Below, one piece after another: positions 41,603 through 51,506 of a DNA stretch of 64,000 bases (its first letter is position 1; each line of letters opens with the position of its first letter). Source of the stretch: an uncultured virus (IMG/VR IMGVR_UViG_3300032770_000008) (taxonomy: Duplodnaviria > Heunggongvirae > Uroviricota > Caudoviricetes). The translations under genes and the position numbers were made by a program. The stretch lies in IMG/VR virus record IMGVR_UViG_3300032770_000008; one strand, 5' to 3'. A model generated the notes under the pieces. The model searched no databases. It was not told the DNA's origin and saw only the letters and a program-made list of their open reading frames with translations.

Positions 41603-41887
41603 CTACAGCGTGATCGTCTCTCCCGTCGTGTGCGAGGTCGTCAGGTTGCCGCTCTGATCGTAGCGACGTCGGTACTTCTTTCCGGCGCGCGTCGCGACAC
41701 GGGGGCCGAGGCGCACGACGCCGCCCGCCGGGCGGATCCAGATCGCGGAACCGTCGGGATGCCGCCACTCGCGGTAGCTGCCACGCGCGAGGCCGTGGAA
41801 CAAGAAGCCGGCGCGTTCGATCTGACGGATCGCCTGATCGAGCGTGGTGCCCGTGAGATCGGGGAGCGCTTGTACGGCGAGCTTCAC
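41603..41887 (-). CDS. Small basic protein resembling a polymorphic-toxin C-terminal (RNase-like) domain
   Basis: 'GSYREWRHPDGSAIWIRPAGGVVRLGP...RYDQSG...SHTTGE' recalled from Rhs C-termini; stop codon lies 1 nt before the tRNA. Confidence 0.4.
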   Translation of the reverse strand: MKLAVQALPDLTGTTLDQAIRQIERAGFLFHGLARGSYREWRHPDGSAIWIRPAGGVVRLGPRVATRAGKKYRRRYDQSGNLTTSHTTGETITL

Positions 41888-42279
41888 GATTCCCCCGCGG
41901 TGAGATCGGTCCGATCGAGCTTCTCGGTGCTCGCGGCCTCGAGCTCGGCGATCACAGCGTGATGGCCGGCGAGCGCGGCCTCGCGCGTCGTGTAGCGGCC
42001 GGCGATGAGGACATCGCTCGCGCGCGGCGGGCTCGCGTCGGTCGCCGGCGTGAAGATGGCGGTCTCCCACAAGATCGGGGAACCATCGGCCGCCCAGCCA
42101 GGGACGATGCCGAGAAAGACGGTCGAGACGCGCGCGCGGACCTGGCCGCTCGCGGAAAGCCGCGTGACGGCGACGACGCGGTTGTCGTCCTTCTCGAACC
42201 ACGCGGCCCAATCGAGCACGGCGTCATCTTCGACCGGGACGGGTTCGCCGCGATCGCTCAGGCGGTAGATGAGTTTCAT
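41884..42279 (-). CDS. Hypothetical phage protein, paralogue of 39891..40295
   Basis: Shared motifs with 39891..40295. Confidence 0.65.
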   Translation of the reverse strand: MKLIYRLSDRGEPVPVEDDAVLDWAAWFEKDDNRVVAVTRLSASGQVRARVSTVFLGIVPGWAADGSPILWETAIFTPATDASPPRASDVLIAGRYTTREAALAGHHAVIAELEAASTEKLDRTDLTAGES

Positions 42280-43265
42280 GAGACGAGCTCCGCATCTTCG
42301 ACGTCATCGATCATCCGGTTCTTCGGCGCCCACGCCACCGGCCTCGGCGCCAGGTGCGCGACGCCCGCCGCGGTCGCGACGCGTCCGGCCTTGGTCCGGC
42401 GCACGAGCCCGGCCGCGAGCAGGTACGGCTCGATGACCTCCTCGATCGTCCGGCGCTCCTCGCCGAGCTCGGCCGCGATTGCATCGAGGCCGATCGCGCC
42501 GGCGGCGCGCGCGACGATCGTCAGGTAGGCGCGATCGGTGCCATCGAGCCCGATCTCGTCCACGCCGATCGCGTCGAGCGCCGCGCCGGCGCACGTCGCG
42601 GAGACGAACGGACCGCAGCCGGCGGACGCGGCGAAGTCTCGGGCCGCACGCAGAAGGCGCAGCGCGACGCGCGGCACGCCGCGCGACCGCCGCGCGATCT
42701 CTCCACACGCAGCTTGATCGACCACGAGGCCGAGCGGGGCGCTTGCGCGACGGATGATCTCGGCGATCGCCTCGGGCGCGTAGGGCCTGAGCTGGAACGT
42801 GTACGCGAACCGATCGCGGAGCGGCGCGGTCAGGAGCGCCGCGCGCGTGGTCGCGGCGACCAGCGTGAACGGCTCGAGCTTCATGCGGATCATGCGCTTG
42901 CCGGCCTGGAGATCGATGACGCCGTCCTCGAGCGCGCTGTACAAGATCTCTTGCAGCTTGCGATCGAGCCCGTGGATCTCGTCGACGAAGAGCACCGCGC
43001 CGGCGGGCAGGCCGGTGAGCAGCGCCGCGAGCGCGCCCTTGTGCTCGATCGCCGGGCCGGTCGTCGCGACCAGCGGCGCGCCGATCTCGGCGGCGATGAT
43101 CTGCGAGATCGTCGTCTTGCCGCAGCCCGAGCTGCCGGCGAAGAGCAGGTGACCGAGCTGGCGGCCGCCCTGCTTCGCGGCGGTGATCGCGCGGCGGAGC
43201 GCGGTGACGATCTCGGGTTGGCCGATGTAGTCGGCGAGGGCCGCCGGTCGGATCGCGGCGCTCAC
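42276..43265 (-). CDS. ruvB: Holliday junction branch-migration AAA+ helicase RuvB
   Basis: 'IRP..LADYIGQ', Walker A GSSGCGKTT, 'FVDEIH', 'FTLVAATTR', 'PLRDRF', 'SRGVPR', 'IEPYL', 'RTKAGR'. Confidence 0.92.
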   Translation of the reverse strand: MSAAIRPAALADYIGQPEIVTALRRAITAAKQGGRQLGHLLFAGSSGCGKTTISQIIAAEIGAPLVATTGPAIEHKGALAALLTGLPAGAVLFVDEIHGLDRKLQEILYSALEDGVIDLQAGKRMIRMKLEPFTLVAATTRAALLTAPLRDRFAYTFQLRPYAPEAIAEIIRRASAPLGLVVDQAACGEIARRSRGVPRVALRLLRAARDFAASAGCGPFVSATCAGAALDAIGVDEIGLDGTDRAYLTIVARAAGAIGLDAIAAELGEERRTIEEVIEPYLLAAGLVRRTKAGRVATAAGVAHLAPRPVAWAPKNRMIDDVEDAELVS

Positions 43266-43657
43266 GACGCACCTCCGGCACGGCGCAGCGCACTCCGGGT
43301 CCAGCTCTCCAGCGTCGCGCGCTCGGTCGCGACGCACGCGTCGACCGCGACGGTCGCGTCCTGCTTGCGGTAGCCGGATCCGACGAGCGCCGCGATGACG
43401 TCGGCGCGATGCTGGGTCGGCGGCGGAGCGCTCGGCGGGCGCATGCCGCGTACGCGCTCGGTCTTGATGTCGTCACGCTGCGCGACAATCACGCTCTCCG
43501 TCGCGCGCGCGGCCTCGAACGTTGCTGCGGCGAGCTCGCGCGCCTTCGGCGCCGGCCGCTGCACGCGCAGGCCGCGGATGCGCTCGGCGATCGCGGTGAC
43601 GAGTACGCCGAGCATGACGAGCGCGGCGCCGAGCAGCATGTGGAGTGCATCGTTCAT
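43262..43657 (-). CDS. Membrane-anchored protein with RuvA C-terminal (domain III)-like region
   Basis: N-terminal hydrophobic helix 'LHMLLGAALVMLGVLVTAIA'; C-terminal 'DVIAALVGSGYRKQDATVAV...LESWTRSALR'. Confidence 0.6.
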   Translation of the reverse strand: MNDALHMLLGAALVMLGVLVTAIAERIRGLRVQRPAPKARELAAATFEAARATESVIVAQRDDIKTERVRGMRPPSAPPPTQHRADVIAALVGSGYRKQDATVAVDACVATERATLESWTRSALRRAGGAS

Positions 43658-43774
43658 GATTCCTTCATCCTCCTACCCGCGTGGGGCTACCTGGAAGACC
43701 TTGCGTTTCGCGTGCCGATGCTTCGTGTCCCAAGTAGTTGACGCGTCTGCCCGGGTAGCCGGATACCCGTGTCC

Positions 43775-43803
43775 GGGATACGTCAATCGTGTACGTACGT
43801 CAA
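43775..43803 (-). promoter_or_regulatory. Promoter-like TTGACG-N17-TATCCC with ACGTACGT motif
   Basis: Intergenic, upstream of the RuvA-CTD/ruvB operon. Confidence 0.45.
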
Positions 43804-44213
43804 CGATCTTTCACGTCGCCCTCGGCCTCGCGAGCAGCTCCTCCGCGGCCCGCTTGCACGCGTCGCACGTCGCGTCCTTTGCCTCTTCGAGGCGGATCCA
43901 CTCGCGGCCCTCCGGCCAGAAGCCCGGCACCACGCCAGGCATGAAGCCACACAGCGCGCGGCCGTGGCGGAGCACGTGGATCGTCACGACGGGATCGCTC
44001 ACGGCGTGTCGCGCTCCACGGCCGCGAGTAGGTCGCGCGCGACGTCGTAGAATCGCTTGTCGGCCTCGTCGATCATGCGGCTCGCGGCCTCGAGCTCGGG
44101 GGTCGCGTGGCCGTGCGTCGCCACGGCCGCCGCGTACTCGCGATCGGCCCGCGCCCACGTGATCGCGACGTCGATGATCGCTCGCTCGAGCTCGGCCCGG
44201 GTCAGTGTCGTGC

Positions 44214-44609
44214 TCATGGGCGCGCCTCCGCCGGATCGTCCGCGCGCACCTTTGCGCGGCACGCCGCCTCGAACTCCTCGTACGTCGACGGCTTGTCGAT
44301 CACAGGCACGCCGAGCTCGCCGGCCTCTGGTGATCCGGTGAAGAAGAAGAAGTGCGGCACCAGGTCGGGCGCGCTCGCGCGCAGGAAGGCGAGGACGTCG
44401 GCGCCGGTCTCCTTGCCGCGGCCGAGGTCGTAGTCGGAGACGATGAGGCGCCACGCGCCCGGGTTGGCCGTGACGAGCGAGATCGCCTCGCGCGCGTCGA
44501 GAGCGTGCGCGACGAGGGCGTCGACGAACACCTTGCGGAGCCAGCGCGTGGTGGCGCGAACGACGACGGGGTCGTCCTCGATGAGGAGGATGGGGGTCAC
44601 ACTGTGCAT
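44214..44609 (-). CDS. Single-domain response regulator (CheY-like receiver)
   Basis: 'ILLIEDD', phosphoacceptor 'IVSDYDL', 'FTG', 'DKP'. Confidence 0.8.
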   Translation of the reverse strand: MHSVTPILLIEDDPVVVRATTRWLRKVFVDALVAHALDAREAISLVTANPGAWRLIVSDYDLGRGKETGADVLAFLRASAPDLVPHFFFFTGSPEAGELGVPVIDKPSTYEEFEAACRAKVRADDPAEARP

Positions 44610-44815
44610 GGGCTACTCCTCCGAGTCCTGCGCGGCGAGCACCGCGCGATGTTCGCCGCGCTTGTACTGTTCGTGCTCGCGCGTGCCGATCGTGTACGGA
44701 CAATGGATTCCGCGCAGCTCGGATCCGGGCCAGTCGGCCTCCATGTAGTGGACGTAGCCCTGCTGGAATGGCGCGAGGACTTCCCACTCGGCGAGCGTGT
44801 GGAGCTGCGGCTTGG

Positions 44816-45271
44816 TCACGATGCCTCCTCGATGATCGCGCGCAATCGCATGATCGTGTGGACGTGGTCCCACAGCATCGACTGCACCAGGAAGAGTCGC
44901 CAGCTCGCGGGATCGCTCGCGATCGCCGCGGGCTCGAGCGGTCGTATGCTGTGCTCGTCGAGGTGCGCCGCGAGGTAGACCGCGAAGTCGAGGGCCTCCT
45001 GGTAGGCGTCGATCAGGTGATCGCGGCCGTTTCCGGCCGTCAGCGGCGTGCCGTACCGCTCGCGCCCGACGCGCTCGCGCTCGTCCATGTCGGCGAGGAC
45101 GAGGTCGACGATGCCCGTCGTGCCGTAGGCGTTGTCGTGCCCGGTGCGGTTGCGGTACGTGACGATCGGCCACGCGCAGCGGCAGTTCTCCGCGATCATC
45201 TTGGCGAGGGCGACCGCCGCGGCGCGCGCCTCGGCCGCCTTCCGCAGCGTCTTGGCGTCGTACTCCCTCAC
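44816..45271 (-). CDS. Putative all-alpha NTP pyrophosphohydrolase-like phage protein
   Basis: 'GRERYGTPL...NGRD.LIDAYQEALD..VY' acidic helix pattern. Confidence 0.45.
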   Translation of the reverse strand: MREYDAKTLRKAAEARAAAVALAKMIAENCRCAWPIVTYRNRTGHDNAYGTTGIVDLVLADMDERERVGRERYGTPLTAGNGRDHLIDAYQEALDFAVYLAAHLDEHSIRPLEPAAIASDPASWRLFLVQSMLWDHVHTIMRLRAIIEEAS

Positions 45272-47403
45272 GCCGCCACCTGCGCCGGCTCCTCGGCCGC
45301 CTCGTCCAGTCCGAGCGCCGCGCGGACGATCGCGGTTGCGATCGGCGGGCACACGCTGTTGCCGCACATGCGGATCTGCGCCGTCTTCGACAGTGGCTTG
45401 CCGTTCCAGGTCGGCGCGATCTCGTAGTCGTCCGCGAAACCCTGCGCGCGGAACAGTTCACGCGGTTCCAGCATGCGCATCTTGATGTCGACGACCACGT
45501 ACTCCTCGCCGTCGATCTCGACCGTCACCAGGCCGTAGCGATCTTTCGTGGTCAGGATGCCCAGCGGCGATTCGACGCTCTCGGCGTCGCCCGTGCCGTT
45601 GTAGCGGACCAGGAATGCGGCGACGCGGCGCGCGCGATCGGCGAGCTCGGGGCTCAGCTCTGCGGGCGCGAGCTCGGTCTCGACCTCGGCGAGATGTGTG
45701 CCACGCGCCGAGATCGTTGGCAGCGGCTCGGCGACGTCGTGCGCGCTCGCCTCGACGTGCGCCTCGCTCGTGCCGCGCATCTTGACGAGGTGGCTGGCGA
45801 CGAGGCCCATGCGGCGCGAGGTGTCGAGCGTCGAGATCGGCTGATCGGCAGCCTGACCACGTGCCGATCCGTCGCTGTTCTCGCCGTTGTAGCGGACGAG
45901 GTGCGCCACCGTGAGCGCCTTGGTGTTCTTGACGCAGACCGTGTCCACGGGCTGATCGACGCGCTGACCGCTCGAGCCGTGCGCGTCGTTGTTGCCGCCG
46001 TTGTGCTTGACGAGCATTGCCGCGCAGAGTGCGTGCTTGTTGCCGCCGGCGCAGATCGTACCGAGTGGCTTCTCGGCGTCGTAGATCCGCGGCTCCTGGC
46101 CGGGACGTTCGCCGTTCGATCGATGGACGAGGTAGGCTGCCGCGATCGCGTGCTCGCCGCGCTTGCTCGCGGTGATCGTGTTGAGCGGTTCGTCTGCCGG
46201 GCGCGCACCGTTTCCGCCGCCGCCGTAGGTCTTGGCCTTCATGAAGACGGGCGCGACGAGGAAGTTCCGGTTGCCGGTCGTGATCGTCGGGACGGGCTCG
46301 TTGATGCCCTTGGGGACGTTGTTCGTGTTGTTCGGCATGACGAACGCGTCCGAGCGGACGAGCGAAGGCTCGACGATCGCGTGGCTACCGCGGTTGCCGC
46401 AGATCGTCCGCAGCGGCTCGTCGATCGAGTTGACGCGGACGTCGGTGCCGCCCTTGTCGCCGTGTCCCGGCGGAACCAGGAACGGCCGCGCGGCTTCCAG
46501 CACGAATTTCTTCACGCCGCGTGCAATGCGCGCGAGCGTCTTGTCGGCCAGATCGCGATCGCGGTCGAAGATGCTCTTGCACGGGATCGACCAGTCGATG
46601 CACTCGGCCGCCGTGCGGTACGGCTTCTCGCGCCCCGGGCCGTGCGTCGGCTGCGGCCACCGGATCGGCTGATCACTCGCCTGGAGGAAGAGCCGCTTGC
46701 GCGTGGTCGGCGCGCCGAAGTCGCACGCGCGGAGCTGGCGCCACTCGACGTGCTTGTAGTACGCGCGGAGCTTGGCGACGAACGCGCGAAACGTCTCGCC
46801 GGCGCGCGCCTTGATCGGCTTGTAGATTTCGCAGCCCTTCGCGCACGCGACGCCGGGGCAGCCGGCGATGTGGCGCTTGATCGTCGTGCCACGCGTGCGG
46901 CGGTTCTTGGGCTGTTTGCCGAAGCAACATCCCTCGACGCACGCGACACCGGGGCAGCCGCGCGAGTGTTGGCGGTGAACGGGTCCCCACTTCTCGAACT
47001 CTTCGACGTTCTCCAGAAGGATCAGGCGGGGTTTGACCGCGGCGGCCCAGCGGATCGCGAGCCACGCGAGCGCGCGAATCTTGATCGTGTCCTTGTCGAG
47101 TGGGGCGCCGCGCGCCTTGCTGAAAAACGAACACGTCGGCGAGAGCCACATGAGGCCGACCGGCTTGCCGGCGCTGGCCTTGGCCGGATCGACCTGCCAG
47201 ACGTTCTCGATGTAGTGCTTGCACGTCGGATGATTCGCCGCGTGCATCGCGATCGCCTCGGGATCGTGGTTGATGGCGACGTTGGGGGAGCGGCCGAGCG
47301 CCTGCTCGATGCCCGAGCTCGCGCCGCCGCCTCCCGCGAAGCTATCGACGATGATGGCGTCATCGAGCCAGGTGCGGATGATCGGGTTGCGCTTCGTCGC
47401 CAT
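45268..47403 (-). CDS. DNA cytosine-5 methyltransferase with expanded repetitive variable region
   Basis: Motif I 'DSFAGGGG', motif IV 'SPTC', motif VI 'ENV', motif VIII 'TTRKRLF', motif X 'GNSVCP'. Confidence 0.92.
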   Translation of the reverse strand: MATKRNPIIRTWLDDAIIVDSFAGGGGASSGIEQALGRSPNVAINHDPEAIAMHAANHPTCKHYIENVWQVDPAKASAGKPVGLMWLSPTCSFFSKARGAPLDKDTIKIRALAWLAIRWAAAVKPRLILLENVEEFEKWGPVHRQHSRGCPGVACVEGCCFGKQPKNRRTRGTTIKRHIAGCPGVACAKGCEIYKPIKARAGETFRAFVAKLRAYYKHVEWRQLRACDFGAPTTRKRLFLQASDQPIRWPQPTHGPGREKPYRTAAECIDWSIPCKSIFDRDRDLADKTLARIARGVKKFVLEAARPFLVPPGHGDKGGTDVRVNSIDEPLRTICGNRGSHAIVEPSLVRSDAFVMPNNTNNVPKGINEPVPTITTGNRNFLVAPVFMKAKTYGGGGNGARPADEPLNTITASKRGEHAIAAAYLVHRSNGERPGQEPRIYDAEKPLGTICAGGNKHALCAAMLVKHNGGNNDAHGSSGQRVDQPVDTVCVKNTKALTVAHLVRYNGENSDGSARGQAADQPISTLDTSRRMGLVASHLVKMRGTSEAHVEASAHDVAEPLPTISARGTHLAEVETELAPAELSPELADRARRVAAFLVRYNGTGDAESVESPLGILTTKDRYGLVTVEIDGEEYVVVDIKMRMLEPRELFRAQGFADDYEIAPTWNGKPLSKTAQIRMCGNSVCPPIATAIVRAALGLDEAAEEPAQVAA

Positions 47404-48078
47404 GGCTACTTGACCTCCTTGTCGGTCTCGCGCAGGTACTTGCGGATGCCCCGCGCGACGCGCTCGCGCGTCGCTGGCGACAGCTCGTCGGGATCGCGCT
47501 TCTCGCCGCCGCGCATCTCGATCGAGGTGATCTCAACGCGGCTGCCGTCGATCATGACGTGCATGTAGTACGCGCAATCGACGCAGCGGCCGTAGTCGTC
47601 GCTCTCGCCGGGATGCGCGGGGACACCGCAGACGGGGCAATGCTCGATCGTCATGACAGGCTCCTTGTTGTCGCTCGCGGGGCTGACGTCGCGACTGCAC
47701 TCGCACTCGTGGTACGCGCAGCCGCAGCGGAGGCAAGCTCCTCGGGTCACGCGAGGTTCCTCGCGATGCGATCCGCGCGCTCGATCACGGCGCCAATGCG
47801 CTCTCGCAGGTCGCGCGAGACGCGGCAGTCGCGAAGCGCGGCGCGCAAGATATCGCCGATCTCGCGAGCGTCCTCGATAGACTGCTCGCGGCCCATCTCG
47901 GCCAGCGCGGGGATCTTCATCGCCATGCAGCCCCGACATTGCGAGGCACGTGCCGCGTGTACGTACGTCATAACTCCGCGACGGCTCGAGCGGCGCGCCG
48001 CGGCGCGTCCGTGACCGCGGGATGACGATCCGCCGGTGGCGGCGCGCGGCGTATCCGGGTGCGTAGCTACCCACCCCG

Positions 48079-48867
48079 TCACGGCTCGACGACCAGGCCG
48101 CTCAGGTCCCAGCCGAACGCGAGGCTCGGTCCGTCGTCATCGAGCTCGGTGCCGATCTCCAGCACGCACAGGCCCGTGCGCTCGTCGAACGCGCGGAGCA
48201 CGCGGCGCCGCAGCCGCTCGCGCAGCGCGACGTTCGCGACGATCGGTGGATCGATCGGCGGGATGGCCGGCGCGCCCAGCTGCACGAGCGCCGCGTACTC
48301 GTCGCGCGTCACCGCGTAGATCGTGCAGGCGTCGTTGCCGGCGGCCTCGAAGACGGCGACGCGGTCGTCGATCTCGATCGCGACGGTGCGCGCAGTGTCG
48401 TATCCGTCGACGACGCGCGTAACTCCGCTCCAGATCCCGCGGATCACGCGCAGGCCGCCGAGATCGGCGATGTTGACCTGCTTCTCCGCCGGCAGCTCGC
48501 GCGGCCACGTCGCAACCGCAACTGCCGTGGGTCGAATGTCGACCAGGAGATCGGTCGGCGAGATCGCGACGCCGACGCGCGTCGCCAGTGGCCGCCGCGT
48601 GAGCAGGCCGTTCTCGCCGGACCAGTAGACCACGCCAGGCACGAGCGGTCCGCCGGCGACCGGGGTCCACTGCTCGGGCTCAAGGCGCACGATCCCGCTC
48701 GTTGCGACCTGCACCTCGCCGCCGTCGACGCGCGCGGCGATGCCGGCGACGGGTGAGAACACGGAGGTCGGTTCCACGCGCGCCGCGGAGCTTTCGTCGG
48801 CCGTGGTGATCGTGACGGCTGTGCCTGGGAGGATCTCGCCGTCGGTGTCATCGTCGAAGTGGATCAC
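48079..48867 (-). CDS. Hypothetical protein (N-terminal region resembles capsid decoration/fibre domains)
   Basis: 'VAGIA...VQVATSG...LVPGVVYW...G.LT' pattern; weak. Confidence 0.35.
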   Translation of the reverse strand: MIHFDDDTDGEILPGTAVTITTADESSAARVEPTSVFSPVAGIAARVDGGEVQVATSGIVRLEPEQWTPVAGGPLVPGVVYWSGENGLLTRRPLATRVGVAISPTDLLVDIRPTAVAVATWPRELPAEKQVNIADLGGLRVIRGIWSGVTRVVDGYDTARTVAIEIDDRVAVFEAAGNDACTIYAVTRDEYAALVQLGAPAIPPIDPPIVANVALRERLRRRVLRAFDERTGLCVLEIGTELDDDGPSLAFGWDLSGLVVEP

Positions 48868-49432
48868 GGTGTAGCCGCCTTGCTGGCGCGCCGCGCTGCG
48901 CGCTCTTCGGCTGAAGGCATTCGCAGGATTGGGATCATTTCGCGTTGAACGCTGAACACGAAGCCGTACGGGCAGTGGTACGGCACGATTCCCCAATCGA
49001 AGACGAGACAGCTTCCGACATTGAGAAGAAATTTTCCGGGGAAGCACGTTCCAAATTCAACAAGAAGGTTGGGACCATCATCATCGTTCCAGTACACGCC
49101 GAGATCAGCGCGACCGTACCAACCGTCTGGTTCCAAGACGGTGTCGTCACCAAGCGCTGCGACGCACTTCCACGCCGGATCCTCCGGGCTGTGCTTGGTC
49201 AGCGGACACGGTAGCTCGATGTGTCGGACGAGGATGCGCTTCTCGCGAACCCAGCGCGCGAGTGTCGAGCAGGCCCATCGGTCGGAGATGTGATGGCCTC
49301 CCCAGCCGACGAGGATATCTTGCGGCGCCCAGTGTTTGCCGTCAGGTGTCGTCCACGCTGGTTCTGGCCACGTCGTGCACGCGAGTACGTCTTCGCGCTC
49401 GCCGAGAACATCAAGTAAGGTCCCTGTCCTTC

Positions 49433-49663
49433 TCACGACACGTTCGCCTTGAGTGCGTCGTCCTGGCGGATCCGCGCTTCGATCGTCGCGCGGATCCACT
49501 CGCTGAGCGTCACGTCCGCGCGGCGAGCTCGTTCTCGCCAATCGGTGTATTCGCGATCGCGCAGCCGCAGGTGAAGGACGCGGCGCCGGCGCGACGCCAA
49601 GATGCGTCCGGGGGGCTGCGGGACGGCGGCCTTCGCCGCCGGCGGGGGAACTTTTCGAGTCAT
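49433..49663 (-). CDS. Ribbon-helix-helix protein
   Basis: 'LHLRLRDREYTDWRERARRADVTLSEWIR'. Confidence 0.55.
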   Translation of the reverse strand: MTRKVPPPAAKAAVPQPPGRILASRRRRVLHLRLRDREYTDWRERARRADVTLSEWIRATIEARIRQDDALKANVS

Positions 49664-49781
49664 GCGCTACGAATGCTCTCACGAATGTGTGGACAACGCA
49701 AGATCGAGATCTTGCGCGTACGCGAGGCCGCGAAATACGCTTGTTTGAATCAGCCTTCAAGTCGTAAATTCGATATGATGT

Positions 49782-50777
49782 GTGTCGATGCCTCGCCCAG
49801 GATCCGGCTCCCTCGTTCACCGGCCGCGCGCCGCCGGCGGCGAGCTCGATGTCCCGCGCGCCGCGCAGGAGCATCCGGTCGTCGTCTATCTCGCTGGTCT
49901 CGCGCCCGACAGCCGGCCCGCGATGATGTCCGCGCTCAAGACGATGGCCGCGATGATCGATCAGCGTGCCGATGTCTACACGCTGCCGTGGCACGAGCTG
50001 CGCTTCCAGCACACGAAGGCGCTTCGCGCGAAGCTCGGTGAGGAGTACGCCGAGCGCACGGTCAATCGAATGCGTGCGGCTCTTCGCGGCGTGCTGAAGA
50101 TGGCGTGGAAGCTCGGCCAGATCTCGACGGACGATTACATGCACGCGATCGACTTCAAGGGCGAGAAGACGACCGGCCTCGAGCCAGCGGGGCGCGTCGT
50201 GCCGATCGAAGACGTGCGCCAGCTCTTCCGCGCCGCGCACAGCCGCCCCGATCCGATGAACCGGCGCGATCAGGCACTGCTCGTGGTGCTCTATGCCGGC
50301 GGACTTCGGCGCCAGGAGGCGAGCGCGCTTGATGTCGCGAACTACGATCCGACGGACGGTGGAATCCGCGTGCGCCGTGGCAAGGGCAACAAGTTCCGCG
50401 TGACCTACGTCGCCGAGGGCTATCGGCCGTGGATCCAACCATGGCTCGATTTTCAGAAGCGGCGCGCTTGCGAGCCGATGTTCGTGCGCTGGGATCGCGA
50501 CGACGGTCCGACGATGGATCGCCTGGGGCGTGCCGGCGTCGACGTGGTCCTTGGCGAGCTCGTAGAGCGCGCGCAGATCGCGCCCGTGACGCCGCACGAC
50601 CTGCGGCGATCGTTCGCGACTGATCTGCTCGAGCGCGGTGCCGATCTCATCACGGTGCAGCGCCTCATGGGTCACGCTGACGTGAAGACGACGGCGATCT
50701 ACGATCGACGCGGCGAGAAGACGAAGCGCGAGGCAGTCGAGAAGATGCCGATCGCGCTGCGCTACGAGGAAGCGTGA
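49782..50777 (+). CDS. Tyrosine recombinase / integrase
   Basis: Catalytic R (GLRRQE), K (GKGNK), HxxR (HDLRRS), H (MGH), Y (TTAIY). Confidence 0.92.
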   Translation: MSMPRPGSGSLVHRPRAAGGELDVPRAAQEHPVVVYLAGLAPDSRPAMMSALKTMAAMIDQRADVYTLPWHELRFQHTKALRAKLGEEYAERTVNRMRAALRGVLKMAWKLGQISTDDYMHAIDFKGEKTTGLEPAGRVVPIEDVRQLFRAAHSRPDPMNRRDQALLVVLYAGGLRRQEASALDVANYDPTDGGIRVRRGKGNKFRVTYVAEGYRPWIQPWLDFQKRRACEPMFVRWDRDDGPTMDRLGRAGVDVVLGELVERAQIAPVTPHDLRRSFATDLLERGADLITVQRLMGHADVKTTAIYDRRGEKTKREAVEKMPIALRYEEA

Positions 50778-51506
50778 GCTCGCTTGTCCCACCTCCACGC
50801 GTGCACACGCGCATTCTTCGGCACGTCTCCGATCGCGACGCGCTCCACCGCGATCGAAAGCTTCCGTTGCTCTTTCTTCGCCCACGGATCCCACAGCACG
50901 CGCCGCGACGTCTGGTGGATCGCCTCGACGCGGTACGCGTAGCGCGGCCGCACGGGGCTCATGAGGTAGTCGCCCGGCCGCGGCGGCGGGCCGAGCCAGC
51001 GCGCGCGGAGCGTCACGGCTGGGGCACTTCGCCGGCGGCGTCTTCCAGATACGCGATCCATCGCCGCAGCTGCCCGATCTCGGCCGCGCGCGCGGCGCTG
51101 CCGTCGTCTACCGCGTCGAGCTGGCGGAGCCGCGCGCTCAGGTACGCGCATAGCGAGGTCTCATTGGAAGCGCCGTCGTGCGGCGAGGGATTCTTGGCAG
51201 CACCGTCAACCTCGCTCACGATCGCGCGGGCGATCACGATGCTCGTCTCGGCGACGCCGTCTACGTCATCGCCCTCGAGCTCGTGCCAGTTGAGGCTGGC
51301 GACGAGCCCGCCGGCGATGTTCCCGGCCATGCGCAGGATCGCCGACCGATCTCGCGCTGCCAGGTGTTCGGTTTCAGCCCTTCGCGCGCCCGCCGCCGCG
51401 GTGACGTGATGATTTCGCAGATCGCGATAGTGGGCGGCGATGACATCTACGCCGTTGATCTTGATGATCTCGACGAGTTCGGCATCGGTCAGTGCGTGGA
51501 ATGCTT

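Noticed and set aside
45694..47568. 624-aa plus-strand ORF and similar long Arg/Ala-rich ORFs throughout (e.g. 11700-12923, 30094-31278, 61087-62556)
   Set aside because: Antisense or off-frame shadows of well-supported genes, expected in high-GC DNA
48864..50894. 676-aa minus-strand ORF
   Set aside because: Most of it is the antisense shadow of the integrase; only the part from about 49436 looks like a real gene
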